DNA of 64,000 nucleotides from Eledone cirrhosa. Its lineage: Eukaryota. The notes below the pieces were generated by a model that saw only the letters and a program-made list of their open reading frames with translations, did no database searches and was not told the origin of the DNA. Each line of letters opens with the position of its first letter. The stretch's first letter is position 1. The stretch covers positions 359,848,001 to 359,912,000 of the forward strand of contig OZ024742.1 in NCBI GenBank assembly GCA_964016885.1, written 5' to 3'. Both the position numbers and the translations under genes were made by a program. Shown piece after piece: positions 55,630 to 64,000 of this stretch.

Positions 55630-55835
55630 GATTGTCCGGCCGCTTCCCCTTCACCGTCGAGAACTCTGGGGTCCTCGGACCCCGTACTGCCGAGCTCTGT
55701 AAAATGGGTTCGCCAGCAACCCATCTGAGGAAAGAACTCTGCGAGGTGAGTTTCCTGTTCCAGCGGCTGGCCATTGTCCGCGGAAATCACTTTGCCGTTT
55801 TGTCCGTGGAGTGCTGGCAAAACACCGCCTCACCC
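55630..55835 (+). mobile_element. CRE-like endonuclease C-terminal fragment
   Basis: FPFTVENSGVLGP...SFLFQRLAIVRGN. Confidence 0.65.
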
Positions 55836-56164
55836 CAGGAATAGAGCCTATCATCCTCTCCCCTTCCCATCCCTTTCTTCCGTGGCCTCATAGTCCTTAC
55901 TTTTTCTCTCCTTTCCTTCTCGTTTATGGTATTTACAGCCCTTTCTCCTACTTTCTTCTACAGTCAGGTCTGCCCTTCTTTAATCCTTCCTTCCTCTCTT
56001 CGGTGTTGGTTTTATTTTTATCCTTTTTTCTTTTCTTTTTTCATATTTCCATCAATATTAAAAATAAAATATCTAAATACAGTTCAATAGCTGATCAATA
56101 TTCAAAATGAAAATTTCCACGTTTTGTCAAATAGTGCACTGTACACTAACAAACATTATCTTGT

Positions 56165-59100
56165 GCTAAAAGGCTAAAGACCCCCTTTGGTCACAAATGA
56201 CCATGGGATTTCTACCTAGAAAGTTCCCCTCCAAGGCACAAGTCCGGGAAAGGTTGTTTGTAGAAGACCAACAGTCTCCCATGCATACCATTCTCTCCTC
56301 TTCTCCATGTCACCGATGTTGTCCAAGGGAAAGACAATGGCTGATACAACTTGGCACCAGTGACATTGCAACTTACTCTATATATATACACCCTGTATAC
56401 TCAATATATACACTCTATACTCTATATATACACCCTATATACTCAATATATACACTCTATACTCTATATATACCCTATATACTCAATATATACACTCTAT
56501 ACTCTATATATACCCTATATACTCAATATATACACTCTATACTCTATATATACACCCTGTATACTCAATATATACACTCTATACTCTATATATACACCTT
56601 GTATACTCAATATATACACTCTATACTCTATATATATACACCCTATATACTCAATATATACACTTTATACTCTATATATACACCTTGTATACTCAATATA
56701 TACACTCTATACTCTATATATACACCCTATATACTCAATATCTACACTCTATACTCTATATATACACCCTATATACTCAATATATACACTCTATACTCTA
56801 TATATACACCCTGTATACTCAATATATACACTCTATACTCTATATATACACCCTGTATACTCAATATATACACTCTATACTCTATATATACACCCTATAT
56901 ACTCAATATATACACTCTATACTCTATATATACACCCTATATACTCAATATATACACTCTATACTCTATACTCTATATATACACCCTGTATACTCAATAT
57001 ATACACTCTATACTCTATATATACACCCTATATACTCAATATATACACTCTATACTCTATATATACCCTATATACTCAATATATACAGTCTATACTCTAT
57101 ATATACACCCTGTATACTCAATATATACACTCTATACTCTATATATACACCCTGTATACTCAATATATACTCTCTATACTCTATATATACACCCTATATA
57201 CTCAATATATACACTCTATACTCTATATATACATCCTGTATACTCAATATATACACTCTATACTCTATATATATACACCCTGTATACTCAATATATACAC
57301 TCTATACTCTATATATACACCATGTGTACTCAATATATACACTCTATAATCTATATATACACCCTGTGTACTCAATATATACTCTCTATACTCTATATAT
57401 ACACCCTGTATACTCAATATATACACTCTATACTCTATATATACACCCTGTGTACTCAATATATACTCTCTATATATACACCCTGTATACTCAATATATA
57501 CACTCTATACTCTATATATACACCCTGTATACTCAATATATACACTCTATACTTTATATATACACCCTGTATACTCAATATATACACTTTATACTCTATA
57601 TATATACACCCTGTATACTCAATATATACACTCTATACTTTATATATACACCCTGTATACTCAATATATACACTCTATACTCTATATATGCACCCTGTAT
57701 ACTCAATATATACACTCTATACTCTATATATATACCCTGTATACTCAATATATACACTCTATACTCTATATATACACCTTATATACTCAATATATACACT
57801 CTATACTCTATATATACACCCTGTATACTCAATATATACACTCTATACTCTATATATACACCCTGTATACTCAATATATACACTCTATACTCTATATATA
57901 CACCCTATATACTCAATATATACACTCTATACTCTATATATACACCCTGTATACTCAATATATACACTCTATACTCTATATATACATCCTGTGTACTCAA
58001 TATATACACTCTATACTCTATATATACACCATGTGTACTCAATATATACACTCTATAATCTATATATACACCCTGTGTACTCAATATATACTCTCTATAC
58101 TCTATATATACACCCTGTATACTCAATATATACACTCTATACTCTATATATACACCCTGTGTACTCAATATATACTCTCTATATATACACCCTGTATACT
58201 CAATATATACACTCTATACTCTATATATACACCCTGTATACTCAATATATACACTCTATACTTTATATATACACCCTGTATACTCAATATATACACTTTA
58301 TACTCTATATATATACACCCTGTATACTCAATATATACACTCTATACTTTATATATACACCCTGTATACTCAATATATACACTCTATACTCTATATATGC
58401 ACCCTGTATACTCAATATATACACTCTATACTCTCTATATATACCCTGTATACTCAATATATACACTCTATACTCTATATATACACCTTATATACTCAAT
58501 ATATACACTCTATACTCTATATATACACCCTGTATACTCAATATATACACTCTATACTCTATATATACACCCTGTATACTCAATATATACACTCTATACT
58601 CTATATATACACCCTATATACTCAATATATACACTCTATACTCTATATATACACCCTGTATACTCAATATATACACTCTATACTCTATATATACATCCTG
58701 TGTACTCAATATATACACTCTATACTCTATATATACACCCTGTATACTCAATATATACACTCTATACTCTATATATACATCCTGTGTACTCAATATATAC
58801 ACTCTATACTCTATATATACACCTTGTATACTCAATATATACACTCTATACTCTATATATACATCCTGTATACTCAATATATACACTCTATACTCTATAT
58901 ATACACCCTGTATACTCAATATATACACTCTATACTCTATATATACACCTTGTATACTCAATATATACACTCTATACTCTATATATACATCCTGTGTACT
59001 CAATATACACGCTCTATACTCTATATATACACCCTGTGTACTCAATATATACACTCTATACTTTATATATACACCCTGTATACTCAATATATACACTCTA

Positions 59101-60058
59101 TACTCTATATATACACCCTTTATACTCAATATATACACTCTATACTCTATATATACACCTTGTGTACTCAATATATACACTCTATACTCTCTATATATAA
59201 ACCCTGTGTACTCAATACACTCTATACTCTATATATACACCCTGTATACTCAATATATACACTCTATACTCTATATATACACCCTTTATACTCAATATAT
59301 ACACTCTATACTCTATATATATAGACCCTGTGTACTCAATATATACACTCTATACTCTATATATACACCCTGTATACTCAATATATACACTCTATACTCT
59401 ATATATACACCCTGTATACTCAATATATACACTCTATACTCTATATATACACCCTATATACTCAATATATACACTCTATACTCTATATATACACCCTGTG
59501 TACTCAATATATACAGTCTATACTCTATATATAGACCCTGTATACTCAATATATAACTCTATACTCTATATATACACCCCGTATACTCAATATATACACT
59601 CTATACTCTATATATACACCCTGTGTACTCTATATACACACTCTGTACTCTATATATATACCTTGAATACTCAATATATACACTCTATACTCTATATATA
59701 CACTATATACTCTATATACACACTCTATACTCTATATATACACCCTGTATACTCTATATACACACTCTATACTCTATATATACACCCTGTATACTCAATA
59801 TATACACTCTATACTCTATATATACACCCTGTATACTCTATATATATACACTCTATATGGTGTTGTCCAAGGGAAAGTCAAAGGCTGATACAGCTTGGCA
59901 CCAGTGACGTCACAACTCATTTCTACAGCTGAGTAAACTGGAGCAACGTGAAAATAAAGTGTCTTGCTCAAGAACACAATGCAAAGCCCAACCCGAGAAT
60001 CAAACTCACAACCTCACGATTGTAAGCCTGACGCTCTAACTATTAAGCCATGCGCCTT
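56165..60058 (-). mobile_element. tRNA-headed SINE split by the 42-bp satellite
   Basis: Head TGGCTTAATAGTT...GAGTTTGATTC near 60050-59995, then gtgttcttgagcaagacactt; the body continues at 56372-56165. Confidence 0.7.
56375..59858. repeat. 42-bp minisatellite, about 83 copies
   Basis: Unit caccctgtatactcaatatatacactctatactctatatata (56389-56430). Confidence 0.97.
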
Positions 60059-60249
60059 CACACCTTGTACTATACGTTTAATATAAAGGTGCGTTGAAAA
60101 AGAGTTATTTCCCCTTGACTATTTGTCCGTGTGTACCGCTGATATAAATATACGTGTATTTGTACAGGCATACACAAATGGACAGCGTATGGACACATAC
60201 ATACTTAGATACCCACAGTAATATATCTACATACACACACACCTAGATG

Positions 60250-60320
<71 letters not shown>

Positions 60321-60861
60321 GCACATACACACAAACATATACACACACATACACACACAGACAAACACACATACACACAAACACATACACACACACCTAG
60401 ATGACCATTCTGATAACCACACACACACAGACAAACACACATACACACATACACACACACACATACACACACCTAGGTAATCACTCTAACATATACGCAC
60501 ACAAATGTGTGTACTTTCAGGTCCCAATTATCTGGGGGTGGGGGGTATAAGCGGAGGTAAGAAAATCGGTAATTTTTCCTAGGTTGCCTCCCTTGATTTA
60601 TATTTTTTAAAAACCAATGTTAGTCGTTTAGTTTACATATTAAGACCCCCCCCCCAACCCATCCTATTTATTTTTCTAGCTTATTTGACGCTATTTGAAT
60701 GGTCTTAAAAATGAACTGATTACTTTAACAGTGTGGAGTGTCTACATTTTTTTGTGTGCTTATCTCGCTATGGGAGACCGTGACAGTTGACATATAGCAT
60801 ACCCTTTAGTTCAAATGATAAGTATATGCATTTATATTAAGCACTTCAAGACGTTGCTTCA

Positions 60862-61600
<739 letters not shown>

Positions 61601-61604
61601 GCGC

Positions 61605-61635
<31 letters not shown>

Positions 61636-62297
61636 TGAATGTGTCTGTCGACACCTGGAATATAGCGTAAGAGAAATTTGAAGATAATGGTATGATAGGC
61701 ATCCAATATTTTGAACTGGTTTATAGAATTATCTTGGCCTTTGTCACTCTAAGTAGAACTTTAAAGAATTAGCTTTTTAAGAATTTCCATTTTCTTTAAA
61801 TCCATCAACCATGACTGACCCCCAATGATCTTATAGACACCTGAAATATAGGCATTGTTAGCTTAAGAGAAACTTAAAAATAAGGAGTGGCACCCCATTC
61901 TGAACTTGTTTATAGAATTCTTTCTGCCCTTGTCACTCTAAATATAAATTATAGCTTTAAAGAATTAGCTTTTAATGAATTTCGTTTTCTTTCAACCAAT
62001 GACCTCCACCCATCCCACTCCCACCCTCTCCTATCACCTGAAAAGATATAAATACCACAACATTTATTTTTGGAAAGCCAGATTCCTGATGATTTCTAAA
62101 TAATGAAACAGTTCTAGTCCTGTAGAATCTCATCTATATTAAAACTTTTATACTCTGCTATGTATTGAGTACCTTACTTACTGTGGTTACCTCCGATTCA
62201 ACCCGGAATAGCTTACCTATATATATATATATTCAAGGGCGGTGCCCCAGCATGGCCTCAGCCGGATGGCTGAAACAGGTAAAAGGGTAAAAGAGTA

Positions 62298-62652
62298 TAT
62301 AAAGAAAAAGAGATGAAATCGAAAATGCAACTGAAGTCTTATTTTTTTTTTAAATATATATATTTATTTGGTTCCTTTACCGGTTTCGCAGTTCTGCTTT
62401 TCAAAAGGTGAGTTGAGATGGAGGGTCTGTGGTTTTTCTCACATCTGATGTGAGAAAAACCACAGACCCTCCATCTCAACTCACCTTTTGAAAAGCAGAA
62501 GAACTGCGAAACCGGTAAAGGAACCAAATAAATATATATATTTAAAAAAAAAATAAGACTTCAGTTGCATTTTCGATTTCATCTCTTTTTCTTTATACTT
62601 CCACTCGTGTAGGACACCTCGGTTATTTTTCATTTTGTAAAAAAAACCTCAC

Positions 62653-62659
<7 letters not shown>
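62298..62659. mobile_element. Second fold-back of the 16-kb family
   Basis: Arms meet at cacatctgatgtg (about 62446); U3:A8 hammerheads at 62374-62408 (-) and 62484-62521 (+). Confidence 0.8.
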
Positions 62660-62689
<30 letters not shown>

Positions 62690-62692
<3 letters not shown>

Positions 62693-63120
62693 TGCATGGT
62701 AGTTAGACATGGGCAGCAACTGCAGAGGATATGCGACGGCTGGAGAGAAATGAAGCAAGTATGCTCCGTTGGATGTGCAATGTCAATGTGTGTGAACGTC
62801 CGAGCATGGATGTGTTGAGAGAGAAACTGTGTATAAGAGGGATAGAATGTAGTGTGCGGGAGAAGAGACTGCGATGGTATGGACATGTGATGCACATGGA
62901 GGATGACCCCCTGGGTAAAGAAGTGCCAAGAAATCCCAGTTGAAGGACGACACAGTAGAGGAAGACCACGAAAAACATGGGCGGAGGTGGTGAGAGCAGA
63001 CCTCAGATTGCTGAAACTCACGGTGGAGATGACGAAGGACCGTGACAAGTGGAGAGATGCTGTGCTGAATAGGACCTGTCCCACCCTTGCTAGCAGGGAA
63101 AAGTGGTCGGAAACTGATAG
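62690..63120 (+). mobile_element. RTE 3' fragment
   Basis: MRRLERNEASMLRWMC...RLRWYGHVM. Confidence 0.85.
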
Positions 63121-64000
63121 TGGTGGTGGTGGTGGTGGTGGTGGTGGTAGTGGTGGTAATGGTGGTAGTGGTGGTAGTGGTAGTGGTAGTGGTAGTGGTG
63201 GTAGTGGTAGTGGTGGTGGTGGTGGTGATGGTGGTAGTGGTGGTAATGGTGGTAGTGGTGGTAGTGGTAGTGGTAGTGGTGGTAGTGGTAGTGGTGGTGG
63301 TGGTGGTGGTGGTAGTGGTGGTAATGGTGGTAGTGGTCGTAGTGGTAGTGGTGGTAGTGGTGGTAGTGGTAGTGGTGGTAGTGGTGGTAATGGTGGTAAT
63401 GGTGGTAGTGGTAGTGGTGGTAGTGGTGGTAGTGGTAGTGGTGGTAGTGGTGGTAGTGGTAATGGTGGTAATGGTGGTAGTGGTGGTAGTGGTGGTAGTG
63501 GTGGTAGTGGTAGTGGTGGTAGTGGTAGTGGTTGTAGTGGTTGTAGTGGTAATGGTGGTAATGGTGGTAGTGGTAGTGGTGGTAGTGGTAGTGGTAGTGG
63601 TAGTGGTAGTGGTGGTAGTGGTGATAGTGGTGGTAGTGGTGGTAGTGGTAGTGGTGGTAGTGGTAGTGGTGGTGGTGGTAGTGGTGGTAGTGGTGGTAGT
63701 GGTAGTGGTGGTAGTGGTGGTAGTGGTAGTGGTGGTAGGGGTAGTGGTGGTAGTGGTGGTAGTGGTGGTAGTGGTAGTGGTGGTAGTGGTAGTGGTTGTA
63801 GTGGTTGTAGTGGTGGTAGTGGTGGTAGTGGTAGTGGTTGTAGTGGTGGTAGTGGTAGTGGTGGTAGTGGTGGTATTGGTGGTAGTGGTAGTGGTGGTAG
63901 TGGTGGTAGTGGTAGTGTTCGTAGTGGTGGTAGTGGTAGTGTTCGTAGTGGTGGTAGTGGTGGTGGTGGTAGTGGTGGTAGTGGTAGTAGTGGTAGTGGT
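63120..64000. repeat. (GGT/AGT)n trinucleotide repeat
   Basis: Direct reading. Confidence 0.95.

Noticed and set aside
56197-59932. Long Tyr/Ile/Thr ORFs up to 1119 aa
   Set aside because: By-product of a stop-poor 42-bp satellite; all three frames are open and the units contain indels.
63120-64000. Telomeric repeat or Gly/Ser-rich exon
   Set aside because: Irregular GGT/AGT microsatellite following an RTE tail; not TTAGGG and no splice evidence.

Overview
AT-rich, repeat-dense animal genomic DNA. The SINE, RTE and microsatellite content suggests a coleoid cephalopod such as Octopus (inference only). One host gene is recognisable: TCTE1/DRC5 on the minus strand, with coding exons at 14918-15227 and 1-468 and a candidate RFX X-box promoter near 24.3 kb. 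The rest is mostly retroelements: four near-identical RTE-clade LINE copies carrying a PHD-like insert, a decayed L1/Tx1 element with nested RTE and SINE insertions, R4- and CRE-like fragments, two Penelope-like (PLE) families with GIY-YIG endonuclease, SINEs, piggyBac-type MITEs, and 39-bp and 42-bp minisatellites. The main unannotated signal is about 10 sequence families of type I hammerhead ribozyme motifs, folded by eye. They include a retrozyme-like tandem array of 529-613 bp monomers, each with one hammerhead and an internal (TA)n tract. Several families replace the C3:G8 core pair with U3:A8. Most sit in head-to-head fold-back insertions whose outer ends usually lie in (TA)n.
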